From positions 220,164,001-220,228,000 of the forward strand of contig NC_058368.1 in the NCBI RefSeq assembly GCF_018350175.1: DNA of 64,000 nucleotides, read 5' to 3'. Positions 52,893 through 64,000 of the stretch are shown here, in pieces. The stretch is from Felis catus. Lineage: Eukaryota. The position numbers and the translations under genes are program-made. The notes below the pieces were generated by a model. That model saw only the letters and a list, made by a program, of their open reading frames with translations. It had not been told where the DNA came from and ran no database searches. The stretch's first letter is position 1. Each line of letters starts with the position of its first letter.

Positions 52893-53397
52893 CCCCTTTT
52901 TAAATTCTTAATGAAAATAATTTTAAAAAGAGAACATTTCTGGCATAATGTGTACATATCATAATTGATACACTTTTCATATCTTTTATGTGCCAGGTAT
53001 GTGTGGAACTATTAGTCAAACAGATTTAACGTAATGCAAAATTCAGTGAATGCACCATCTTTAAACATTAGAAACAGCCCCCAGTAGCTGTAACTAGAGA
53101 TGATATGCATTTATGTTACACAGGAACTGTCATAGATTTTGTTTCTGTCCAACAAGGGATACATTTACATAACACTGAGTGCTGTGTCATATAAAACCAA
53201 CATATATTTCATATCAGAAGGGTGAGGAGAGATCACAGAACACACAGGCAGAAGGCAAAGAAAAACGAAACTTTAATATCGGTATTGCAGTGAATATTTT
53301 TAAAGTGTGATGGAAGGAAATAGAGTTTCTTTTACAATGCAGTTAATAATGGTTCTGTACTCCAAGTAAATTATCAGCAACTAAAAATGAGAGAAGA

Positions 53398-53616
53398 GGG
53401 GCGCCTGGGTGGCGCAGTCGGTTGAGCGTCCGACTTCAGCCAGGTCACAATCTCGCGGTCCGTGAGTTCGAGCCCCGCGTCGGGCTCTGGGCTGATGGCT
53501 CAGAGCCTGGAGCCTGTTTCCGATTCTGCGTCTCCCTCTCTCTCTGCCCCTCCCCCGTTCATGCTCTGTCTCTCTCTGTCCCAAAAATAAAAATAAATGT
53601 TGAAAAAAATTTAAAA
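53398..53616 (+). mobile_element. Young SINEC_Fc-type SINE
   Basis: CpG-rich; perfect TSD aaaaatgagagaaga at 53383-53397 and 53617-53631. Confidence 0.98.
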
Positions 53617-53806
53617 AAAAATGAGAGAAGAGGAAAAAAGAGAGACAGAGAGAAGAGTGATATCATGGAAATAGTATTAAAATCTGATAAGAAAATAGCG
53701 TCTTGCCATTGACCAAAGTAGTTCAAGCACAATGTGGGATTCCTAAGCTAAGAATCAGAAAAACTCAGTAATGGAAGAAGAAAAAATTATAAAATGGATC
53801 TTGGTT

Positions 53807-54441
53807 TGTAACCTTAGGATTTCCCCTGGTAAAATCTGAAACCGATCCCTGTAGGCAGAGGGAAAGCAGGAGCCAAGAAAGAGGCAGGCTGCTTCAGACT
53901 GGTAGGTGCCATGTTTAATAAGGAAAAGAACATACAGAGGAGGCTGCACAGGGGCCCCTGCAAAACGAGTAGATGTCCAGAATCTTAAAAATTTAGGGGT
54001 GCCTGGGTGGCGCAGTTGGTTAGGCATCCCACCTTGATCTCAGCTGAGGTCATGATCCCACAGTTCATGAGTTTGAGCCCCACAATGGGTCCTGCACGGA
54101 TGGCGTGGAGCCTGCTTGGGATTCTGTCTCCTTCTCCCAGCCCGTCTCCTCCCTTGCTTGTGTTCTCATCCTCTCTCTGTCCGTCTGTCTGTCTCTCTCA
54201 AAATAAATACATAAACTTAATTTTTTAAACAAAATGTGTATAGAGTGCCATTATATACACTGTCAAGATGGTCTCAACAACACCTCGCTCTCTCAAGGCT
54301 GCATCTTTGAAATGGCTCCATATCTGGGAATGGTGAGTGGAACACACATTCCAAGGACAGTGAAGGTGGAGAGGAGTCTCCAATTAACACCAGCTTGTGG
54401 GTCAACCTGAAGTCACATCCCTTGGGTGACTTCTTCCAACA
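53807..54441 (-). mobile_element. Probable carnivore ERV solo LTR interrupted by a SINE
   Basis: TG...CA bounded, GC-richer island; minus strand starts tgttggaagaagtcacc...gttgacccacaagctgg; ATTAAA poly(A) signal on the minus strand near 53910. Confidence 0.6.
53996..54230 (+). mobile_element. Can-SINE inside an LTR
   Basis: Canonical head, (CT)n and tail. Confidence 0.93.
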
Positions 54442-57299
54442 GGAAGAAAAATGATTTTATGTCCTTAAAGATGTAAAACGTAATTGTCATGAGTTATGAG
54501 AGGAAAAGAAAATTAATGTCAGAACTCTACTGCTGAATACTATGGTACATAGTTGGCAATTGATTAAATTTTTTAGATCAACAAAATAAATAGGGATAGG
54601 CCTCCATCATGCCTTCAGTTTTTTTTTTTTCAAATAAATAATTATCAACTTCTTAGCATCATGTTCCAAGAAATAAAATATATTAGGAAGCTGTATATAG
54701 AGGAGAATCTGTCTGGTTGCACAATCAAGGATACCCAGTCCTTCCTCGGCTGTGTAATCAGGACGCTTCTATCACAGTATGCGTTACCTGTGTGAGCCTA
54801 CTAATAAATACTCCATCTGAATGCTAGCAAAGAAATTGATAAAGATCTTTTTACAGCATATCATTTATTTTTTCTAAAATCCTCTAAATCAGCTTCAAAG
54901 GTGACCACTAAAGATGACAGATTACTAAAATGAAGTTGATTATATTCATCTTGCCAAAATAATTGTTTCTATCACGAATGCTTAAGTGTATCACAGAGCA
55001 AAATCAAATCTATTTTTTGCCCAGAGAAGCTTCAGAATCAGATTAGTCCAATAGAAGTGACTTTGTTTATTTCAATTATCTTAACAATTCAATCCTGGGT
55101 TTATTGTAATTTAACTCTATTATTGTTTGATTCAACCCTTTAAACCTAAATAATTAGATTCAGTTTTCTGAATTAGCTAATATTCTCTCAGAATCACAGT
55201 ATTATGAGACTGGCAAGGATAAAGAACACAATTTAAAATATTCCTTAAACAATTCTGGGACAGCTTAATGTGCACACATATATAAAATATTCTTTATAAA
55301 TATATAGTTAATAAAAGGTACTCAATCTAAACTCCAAAAGGAGAATATGAAAGAGGGGAATTATGTATATTTAAATATTTAAACTCCAATAAACAGAAAT
55401 AGATGCATCGCTAAGGGTCTTCCAATGTGGGTTAGAAAGTAAAAGTTGCAAGGATGAATATTTTCATCCTTACAGAGACTAAGAGCAATACAAGTTACGA
55501 AATCTTACTTTTTATGTAAGACTTACTTTTATTTGCTTATCTATTTTTACCATCATAATGCTGAGGACAGAGAAACTCACATACATAAATTCCAGAATGG
55601 TATGTGCAGATTCTTGGAGAGAGGAGTTTCCATTCCTCTGGCTACTGGATGAACTGAAGGGCAAACACACCATGGAGAGGGGTAAGGGGTAATAGCCACA
55701 TTTAACATCCTTGTAATAGCCACCAGTGGCCTACTATGAGGCATGGGATTCTGAGGACCTACAGTTACAAAGTGCATCCATATCTCTGTGCCAGTTCTTT
55801 CCCAGGGCCTTCAGCAGGTATATGGCTTTAGTGCATTGAAGCCCAAAGACAGGGTGGGAGGGCTGGGAGAAACCTCACCCACAGGTGACCAGGCCTCTAT
55901 GTACAAGATCACAGATTACCAAAGGACAGGACATGGCAAGAAAGCTGAGACAGATATTCTCCAGGGATTCAGGGTCCTTACCACATGCTCAGGAGTCCAC
56001 AAAGGACTGGGGTAGAGCAGGAGAAGGAAGAAGGGACCCACAGAGGCTCCAGCGCTTCCATCCAGACAGACAGTGGAGGCAGAAATGCAGTTGGTTCAGC
56101 CCTTCTCTGCTCTAGCCCAGCCGTGTGGATTTTACAGCTAAGAAGCTACAACATCTAGGTTCTCTAAGCAGGCAGAAAATCCCCACCACCCTTACCTGCC
56201 GCCTCTCATCCTAAAACAGAATGCTGGCATATTTCAGGCACTCTTCCTTCCATCTATTAAGTTGGCAGCAATGGTGCTGTGAGCGAACACCCTTGGAACA
56301 TATTGTAATTATTGCCACGCAGTTTTTGTTTTCACTAATGAAGTCAAAGCATCATTTAGTAAACATAAGATGCCTTAGAGCATGCTATGCAACCCCAGCC
56401 TCGAAGCAAGGTTGGAGATTTTAATAGTCTTTTCACAGCTGCTTATATGAACCACCCCAAATTTTCTTTAACGCAAGCAGTGAAACATAGCTAATTATAT
56501 ATGCAGTCCTCAGATGAATTCATTAGAAATGGGTTCTGATTATTAAGGTTTCACCTCTTGTATTTGGTTTAATGAGGCCAAAATTGACAATAAAAAAATG
56601 GATAATTCAGCATCTACTTCATTTGTCCACTACACAGCATTCCAAATAAGCTTGCTAGGATATTGATTGACATTGCATTAAATTTACAGATTAATGTGGA
56701 GTATTTATACTTTATTTGATTCCCTTATTTCATGGCCATTCAATTTAGATATATATATCTATATCTATCTATTGGATATATAGATAGATATACATCTTTT
56801 CATTAATATAGGTATTCTTTAAATTCACTCATCAATGCTTCAGAGTAAATGTGTAAATCATGCACATAATTTGCACATATACCCTTAAGCATTTCGTTTT
56901 TTCAGATGATTCTCTAAATCACATGGTTTTAATTACGCTGGCAAAGGTTTTACTTTTGTTTTAGAGAAATAGAGTTGAGTTTATATAATAATGTGGTAGC
57001 CTGCAACTTTACAATGATTAATCCTGCCCCATTTTTTCCCATTCTTTAGGATTTTCTGCATGCACAATCATATCATTGTCCTTTGCAATATGTACATCAT
57101 TTATTTATTTGTCTTATTGCTATGTTCAAGATCTTCAGTACAATATAGAACAATTTGTTTCTTCTGTTTTTGCTTGATGAATTAAGACAGAAGATCAATT
57201 TAATTTAACCTTAAAAAAATGAGCCTTGCATCTCATTGATTTTTTTAAGTTCTATTTTTTAACGTGTTTTCTTGATTTTCTTTTTCCTAATGAATTTGT

Positions 57300-57712
57300 C
57301 CTCATTTCTTCTTCTTGTAAGAACACTAGTCATTTGCATTAGGGCACACCCTGCCAATGCCATTTAACCAAAGTGCATCTTTAAAGACCCTATCTCCAAA
57401 CATGTTGTGTTCTGAGTTAGAACTTCAACATGTGAGGGGCACCTGGGTGGCTCAGTCGGTTAAACGTCTGACTTCGGCCCAGGTCATGATCTCACAAACC
57501 GTGAATTTGAGCCCCGCGTCAGGCTCTATGCTGACAGCTTGGAGCCTGGAGCCTGCTTCGGACTCTGTGTCTCCCTCTCTCTCTGCCCCTCCCCAGCTCA
57601 TTTCTACACTCTGTCTCTGTCAAAAATAAATAAACTTAAAAAAAATTTAAATAAAAAAATTAAAAAAAGAACTTCAACATGTGAGGTTTGGAGGGCATAA
57701 AACTCAGCCTGT
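57300..57712 (-). mobile_element. MaLR (MLT1A-like) LTR fragment interrupted by a SINE
   Basis: ttcttgtaagaacactagtcat...attagggcacaccc...aaagaccctatctccaaa...acttcaacatgtga..ttggaggg..aactcagcc. Confidence 0.7.
57436..57667 (+). mobile_element. Feline Can-SINE
   Basis: TSD agaacttcaacatgtga at 57419-57435 and 57668-57684. Confidence 0.97.
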
Positions 57713-57994
57713 ATATATTTTATGATTCCATTTGTATTTTCACTATTGTATCTTTTGTTATATCACTAGGAGTTATTTACTTCTTCATTAGTTACCTTAC
57801 TATTTAAAATATTTATCTCTTATTTTATGCCTTTGAATGTTATTATACTAATTTAATATAGGATACTTATAACAATATCCTTTTATTTTTCTTCTCTGAT
57901 CACTTGTATTCTTATTGTTATATAATGTCCTATATATGTTAGTAGTTTTAAATACACTGCTATTAATCCTGTTTAAAAACTGGATTTATTTTTA

Positions 57995-58207
57995 AAATTT
58001 TTTTTTCAATGTAAATTTTATTTTTTAGATAGAGACAGAGTATGAGCAGGGGAGGGGCAGAGAGAGAGTGAGACACAGAATCTGAAGCAGGCTCCAGGCT
58101 CTGAGCTGTCAGCACAGAGCCTGATGCGGGGCTCAAACCCATGAACTGTGAGATCATGACCTGAGCTGAGGTAGAACACTTAACTGACTAAGCCACTGAG
58201 ATGCCCC
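57995..58207 (-). mobile_element. Feline Can-SINE
   Basis: Antisense canonical body. Confidence 0.95.
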
Positions 58208-58264
58208 AAAACCTGAGTTGCCTTGAAACAAATAACTAAAGTGATAGAATTTCTCCTGTCTCTC

Positions 58265-58469
58265 TTTTTTATTGTTTATTTTTTATTTTTGAGAGAGAGA
58301 GCACGCACTAGCAGGGGAGGGGCAAAGACAGAGGGGGACAGAGGATATGATCCAAGCAGGCTCCACGCTGAAAGCGGCGAGCCATATGCAGGTTTCTAAC
58401 TCAATAACCCTGAGATCATGAGCTGAGCCAAAGGCAGATGTTCAACCAACTGAGCCACTCAGGTGCCCC
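58265..58469 (-). mobile_element. Can-SINE
   Basis: Antisense canonical body. Confidence 0.92.
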
Positions 58470-58477
58470 TCTTTCAT

Positions 58478-58625
58478 TTTTTTAAGTTTATTTATTTTTT
58501 TGATAAATCATGAGTGTGTGAGCAGGGGAGGGGCAGAGAGAGAGAGGCAGAGAGAGGATTCCAAGCAGGCTCCACCTAGCCAACATCAACAGGATGCTCA
58601 ACCAAATGAGTCACCCTGGTGCCCC
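58478..58625 (-). mobile_element. Can-SINE with an internal deletion
   Basis: Tail, (GA)n and head present; middle segment missing. Confidence 0.85.
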
Positions 58626-58629
58626 TCTC

Positions 58630-60000
58630 CTCCCTTTCTATCTGGTACTCTAATAAAAATTATGTTAGAACTCTTGATATTATCTCAAAAGTTACTGAGA
58701 TTCTGTTCATTTATTCAGCTTTGTTTTTCCTCTCTGTCTTCATTTGCATAATTTTGATAGCTATGTCTACAAGTTCACTGATTATTCTCTTTGTAATGTT
58801 TAAGCTGCTCTTCATTCCAGTTAGCATAATTGAAATTTCCAATAGCATATATTTCCTCTCCTGAAATGCCATTTTTGTTTTTTCCAACATTTTCCATTAA
58901 TTTCCTATTTATATCCATGCTTTCTTTTGTATATTCAGCCTAATAGCCATGTTTATAATAGCATTTTATGGACTTTTTCTGCTAATTCCACCATTTCTGC
59001 CATTGACTGTTTTGCTCCTAACTGCATCCCAATATCATTGCTTTGTTGCATGTCTAGATCCTCCATATGGTGATCTTTATATTATTGTATCTGGATTTTT
59101 AAACTGTTTTTCCTCCTTATTATTATACATAACACTTAAAAGTAGTTACATCATATCTGGTCAGTATGATCAATTTGTGCATTTATTTTTTCATTTTTAT
59201 TTTTTTTTTAGTTTTGAGAGAGACAGAGCATGAGTGGGGAGGGGACAGAGACCGAGGGAGGCACAGAATTTGAAGCAGGCTTCAGGCTCTGAGCTATCAC
59301 CACAGAGCCCCATGCAGGGTTTGAACCCATGAACCATGAGATCATGACCTGAAGTCAGACGCTTAACCCTCTGAGCCACCCAGGCGCCCCTCAATTTGTG
59401 CATGTTTTTTAAAAATATATATTAGTAAGTTTTTTAAAGTAGCCTTTATTCTAGAAATAATTTAATATTGCTACTAATGCATGGCTGTTCTTGGGCCTTC
59501 TAAATACTCTGGATGGTAAATGAGGACTGTCCACTATAGATGAAAAAAACTGATATGTTTTCAAGCTGTATATGAAATTTGTAAATTGTTCAGACTATAG
59601 CTACCTGCTGTTCTTTACTAGCCTTGTGGAGTTTCATGATACCTTAACATTTAGCAACAGATTCAAAGGGAATAGTATCGATTTCTGGAGCTCTTTCATT
59701 GTATGTCACTCTCCTCTGTGAAGTGCAGGTAACAAGTTACTCACAGTCCATTGAAATTTGGTCTCTACTGTATCGTATGTGTAAGAAGTATGTTTTGCTT
59801 CAGATAGCCCTTCCTGTACTATGACCCAAAACAGAGTTTCTAGGCGGAAAGTCCCATAGAGCTCTCACTTTGTTTCTATCCAACTGGGGATCACAGGTCT
59901 GTAAAGTACTTTTTTCCAGTGTCTGAAATGATTGTTTTATATGTCATATGGCAAATTTTCTAGATGTTTATTATGGTAGGTTAATTCTGGTTCGTTGTGT
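58630..60000 (-). mobile_element. Ancient L1M-type fragment (ORF1/5' region, antisense)
   Basis: tctggtactctaat..atgttagaactcttgatattatctc; ctatgtctacaagttcactgattattctct; same class as 3880-5300. Confidence 0.55.
59183..59390 (-). mobile_element. Feline Can-SINE
   Basis: TSD tcaatttgtgcat at 59170-59182 and 59391-59403. Confidence 0.96.
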
Positions 60001-61186
60001 TTGATTCATTATGATTGATAACAGACATTGAAAATAAATTTTCAAGCATTTTAAAAATTGTGTCACTACACTGTTTTTGTCAAAATGATGAATTTTAAAG
60101 GTCTCCTATTTTATGGGTTCCATAATTAATAAAGTTGGAAAGTAATGAATTTCTGTAGATTTCAAGAAATAAGAAAATATCTTATGTTTCAAGTAAAATT
60201 GAGGCTCTTTTATTATTGATTTTATGGTAATTAATATAGTCATTAATATGAAATTTCACCTAAACTTTTATATAAGTAAATGAAATTCCCTGATGATTTG
60301 AAAGCCCTCTGAGATAAAATTATATCAGATTAAGTCAATAATTGCAAGTTGTGTTTTCATATCATAAAAATCTTTGTATGTAAAATACAAAGTTTTTTTT
60401 CAAGTATTTTCCCTTTCTGCCTTCACATCTTTTATGATAATAAATAGTAAGAAAATTTTGTACTTCCTATTCTAAGAGAATGAAGAGTAAATCATACAAA
60501 CTCCTGATGAGATACCAATGACTAAATGATGAATAAAAATGTTTTGAGAGCTAGCAATTATTTTTAAGTAGTACAAATAAAATAAGGAATCATATTAGAA
60601 AACTGGATAATAAACAAAATGATCATTTTTGATATATAGTTGTAAGTTTCAATTAAGTATAGTTGTAAATCTAAATTCAGAATAAGAAAATGGCTTAAAA
60701 TGAAAGATAGAAAAAGTGTGAATTAAACAAAAATTAAATGCAAACAGAATTAATGTAAAAGCAACAATGAGAAGTTAATGTAAAGCTATATATTAGATAT
60801 AAGATACATATTACACAATATATGAGAAAATGGATAGATATTAGAAAAAAATCAACAAAACCAAAATTTGAATCTCTGAAAAAGCTAGTAGAATTGATAA
60901 ACATCTAGCAAGACTTATTAAGAAGAGTGAAATAACAACTTAAAAAAAGTTAAAGAAAAAGAACAGAAACATCATTATTGATCCATAAGATATAAATATA
61001 CATATAAAGTTCATTATGAAATATCAGTATATATCAATATGCATATCCTATATATTTGGAAATTTACATGGAATGATAGTATTGCTAGGTAAAGGTAATT
61101 AATCAGATTGTACAAAAATAGTGGAAAATCTTGAAATTTGCATATTTATTAAATAATTTGAATACATATTTATACAACTTTCAAGG

Positions 61187-61280
61187 ATCTGATTTCAGAT
61201 TCTGTGTGTCTCTCTCTCTCTCCCCCTCCCTGCTCATGCGCTGTCTCCCTCCTTCAAAAATAAATAAACATTTAAAAAAA
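61187..61280 (+). mobile_element. 5'-truncated Can-SINE (3' half)
   Basis: ttcagattctgtg..(CT)n..tcaaaaataaataaacatt without a head. Confidence 0.85.
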
Positions 61281-61350
61281 GTTTTCAAATTTTTTGAAGA
61301 ATTTTTCAAATTCTTCCAAACATCAAAAAAGATAAAACAATCACAAACCA

Positions 61351-61541
61351 TTTTTTTTAATATTTAATTTTGGAAGAGCACAAGTGTGAGAGAGCAGGGA
61401 GAGGGGGACAGGATCGGAAGCAGGCTCTGTGCTGACAGGCTGACAGCAGTGAGCCCAATGTGAGGCTCAAACTCACAAACCCCGAGATCATAACCTGAGC
61501 TGAAGTCGGGCGCTCAACTGACAGAGCCACCCACCTGCCCC
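61351..61541 (-). mobile_element. Feline Can-SINE
   Basis: Antisense body with an internal gctgacag duplication. Confidence 0.93.
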
Positions 61542-62285
61542 AATCTAAAACCAATTACTAAGGAAAAGAGTATAAGACAAAGTCCCTAAATTGTTTTATG
61601 AGGCCAACACCAAAGTCTGACTAGGATTTTCAAAGAAAAGAAAATTATGTCATTCCTAATCAAGAACATTATATAATTACAAGAGAATATGAGCAACCAA
61701 ACCGGTGATATAAGAGTGGAGCAGAACAGAGAGAGTGAAAATAGTCTCACACATTAATCAAAAATATTTGATTAATAATAAAGGTACAATATGTGGCAAA
61801 TGTCTTTTCAATTAATGATACCGGGGCAATTGATTATCCGTAAGAAAAAAAATAATAATACTGACCCTCAAAATCATACCACAGAAACAAAATTTTATAT
61901 GGAGGGTGGTTAAAAATATAAATACTGAAACAATGAAACATTTGAAAAAATCACTGGGGACTTTCTTGATTACTTGGAGTAGGAGTAGAGTTCTTAAACA
62001 AGACACAAACCTCAAAAAATATCTTCACAGCAGGAAGAGACTGCTAATTTGAACTACTTTTGAATTAAGGACTTTGCTCATCAGAATTCATCATTAGAAG
62101 AGTTAAATAGCAAACCACTTAGTGAGAAAATAACTGATGTTTAATTATACATATAGACAGGACTGTGTGTGTATATATAACAAGATTTATATTCTCTATG
62201 GAAGAATGAATTATACCAAGTGATTACAAAAAATTCTTACAAATGAGAAAATGGTATCCATAAATCCTATGAGAAAAGGGCATTT

Positions 62286-62506
62286 GTAATTTTTTTATTT
62301 AAAAAATTTTAAAAATGTTTATTTATTGTTGAAGGAGAGAGACAGAGTGTGAGCAGGGAGGGGCAGAGAGAGGGGGAGACACAGAATCTGAAACAGGCTC
62401 TCAGCTCTGAGCTGTCAGCACTGAGTCCGACGTGGGGTTCAAACTCATGAGCTGTGAGATCATAACCTGATCAGACACTTAACCAACTGAGCCACACAGG
62501 TGTCCC
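62286..62506 (-). mobile_element. Feline Can-SINE at the end of the retrocopy poly(A)
   Basis: TSD aaagggcattt at 62275-62285 and 62507-62517. Confidence 0.95.
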
Positions 62507-62514
62507 AAAGGGCA

Positions 62515-63745
62515 TTTTTTTATTATTTAAAGTAAACTTTATTTTCATTGATATATCATTTGACATAATTTAAAAGAGGTCTGTGCTCTAACATGAGCCA
62601 AAGAACAGAATCCTAAATTTCAGAAAAGACTTTTTTCACACTGTTCTGAGTAGGACATGGAGGTTCAGGGCCCCCAAACATTTTACCCCCTGAGAGTTTA
62701 TCTACAGATACAGAAGGAAGAGATAACATCAACATATAAAAATCAAACTGTATGAGATTATAATAGTAAGTTCTTGACTTTATACCACCTACTTCTTTAA
62801 GGTTGTAATGATAATAACTGATTTCTCTTCTGGGAAGTTTAATGTCTTGTTTTGTTTTGTTTAAAATTTTTTTTAAGTTTATTAATTTTTGAAGGAGAGA
62901 GAGATACAGCGTGAGCAGGGCAGGGGCAGAGAGAGAGAGGGAGACACAGAATCGGAAGCAGGCTCCAGGCTCTGGGCTGTCAGCACAGAGCCTGATGCGG
63001 GGCTTGAACTCACAAACTGAGATCATGACCCGAGCCGAAGTCGGACGCCCAACCGACTGAGCCACCCAGGTTCCTCAATTGTTTTGTTTTGTATTGTTTT
63101 GTTTTGTTTTGTTTTGCTTTGTTTTGTTTTGTTTTAAGTAAAATGTCAGAATATGTGAAAATGCTGCTTATTTCTCTTAATGCACTAAAAATACTGGAAG
63201 TTTTTAAATTCTTCAGGAGTCCAAGCTGGGACATGACTACTACTCATAGGGTCTTTTGAACACACTAATTCCAAATTTGGTGACCACCAGTAGCAAACTG
63301 GCAGCCACGATTGAGCCCTAGGCATACATTTTCCAGAGTGGTGGAATCTCATTCCCATAATGCCAGTTCCAGATCTAGGTAGGGAAAACTACACATTTCC
63401 TGGTTTCTGAGACAGCTGATAAGCACCCAGGCCTGCTAAACCACCGCAAAGAAGCCCAGCGGCCAGTGATGGGACACTACCTGCTTTTGCATAGCCAATG
63501 ATCCCACCAGAAGCAACCAGTGCGGCTTAGCCAAAGCCAATCCAATCTAAAGACACTAGTTGCCTTAAGTCCGTCTGCATTGTTTTCTTTCTCTATTCCC
63601 GGACAGAAAGGTACACTAGGCCTGCAACGAACCGCTTTCCCCAGGGTCGACTCTGGTACTCAAGAGTGCGCAAACCGGGAGGTGGGGTCTTGGTCCCCCA
63701 GAAACTGAGGTATGCCCTGTATCCCAAGGGCAAGACACCGGCATG
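62515..63745 (-). pseudogene. TMEM14C: Processed (retrotransposed) TMEM14C pseudogene with 5'UTR, disabled CDS (63580-63240), 3'UTR and poly(A) remnant
   Basis: Manual minus-strand translation from ATG at 63580 gives [85 protein letters not shown], then a frameshift, then IVAASLLLVVTKFGISVFKRPYE*. This matches the TMEM14C signature ([31 protein letters not shown]...GAYQLSQ...GIMGMRF..SGK.MP). No introns; stops at 63529-63527 and 63391-63389; AATAAA at 62543-62538; A-run at about 62521-62515. Confidence 0.93.
62863..63076 (-). mobile_element. Feline Can-SINE inside the TMEM14C retrocopy 3'UTR
   Basis: Antisense body; (TTTTG)n on both sides (about 62847-62862 and 63079-63135). Confidence 0.95.
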
Positions 63746-64000
63746 GTTTTTGAACAAGCATTTCACACCAAGAAAATATATCAAAATTACCTACAACATA
63801 AGGTGCCACTATACAATAATTACACTGAAAAAAATGAAAGGAACTGAAAATTTTACAAAGTGTATTAGCTGGAGTTTGGAACAACTAGGCCCTTTATCAT
63901 TGCTGGTTGGAGTACAAATTAGTACAAACACTTTGAAGTCTTTAGTTAATAATAAGCATAAACGTACTATCTGATCTCAGAGATTGATTACTATGTATAT

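Larger units (their letters stand above)
60600..64000 (+). mobile_element. Ancient degraded L1M ORF2 remnant hosting the TMEM14C retrocopy and SINEs
   Basis: aaaatcaacaaaaccaaaat..tctgaaaaag..gaattgataaacatctagcaagact (about 60845-60915); ORF2-end phrases resume after the retrocopy (tgaacaagcatttcac at 63751; tgctggttggagtacaaattagtacaaacactttgaa at about 63900). Confidence 0.7.

Noticed and set aside
62613..63065. 150-aa minus-strand ORF
   Set aside because: SINE read-through into the pseudogene 3'UTR.

Overview
AT-rich mammalian genomic DNA from a carnivore, almost certainly a cat-family species: it carries young SINEC_Fc-type Can-SINEs and feline-type L1 3' UTRs. I find no intact protein-coding gene; the supplied ORFs I could attribute are SINE, L1 or microsatellite read-through, and none of the rest resembles a protein I recognise. 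The window is a mosaic of about 28 Can-SINEs (many with readable target-site duplications, TSDs), L1 pieces of several ages, solo LTRs, L2/MIR relics and microsatellites. The one host-gene-derived element is a processed TMEM14C pseudogene on the minus strand (about 62515-63745), missed by the ORF track because of premature stops. It sits inside an old L1 and was later hit by two SINEs. The most unusual mobile element is a 5'UTR+ORF1-only L1 (34743-37743, minus) that ends 20 nt after an AATAAA at the start of ORF2, followed by an A-run, which resembles a retrotransposed prematurely polyadenylated transcript. A few splice-flanked candidate exons are reported at low confidence. I see no evidence for a new multi-gene system. 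Repeat family names come from recognition, not a database search, and boundaries of old repeats are approximate.
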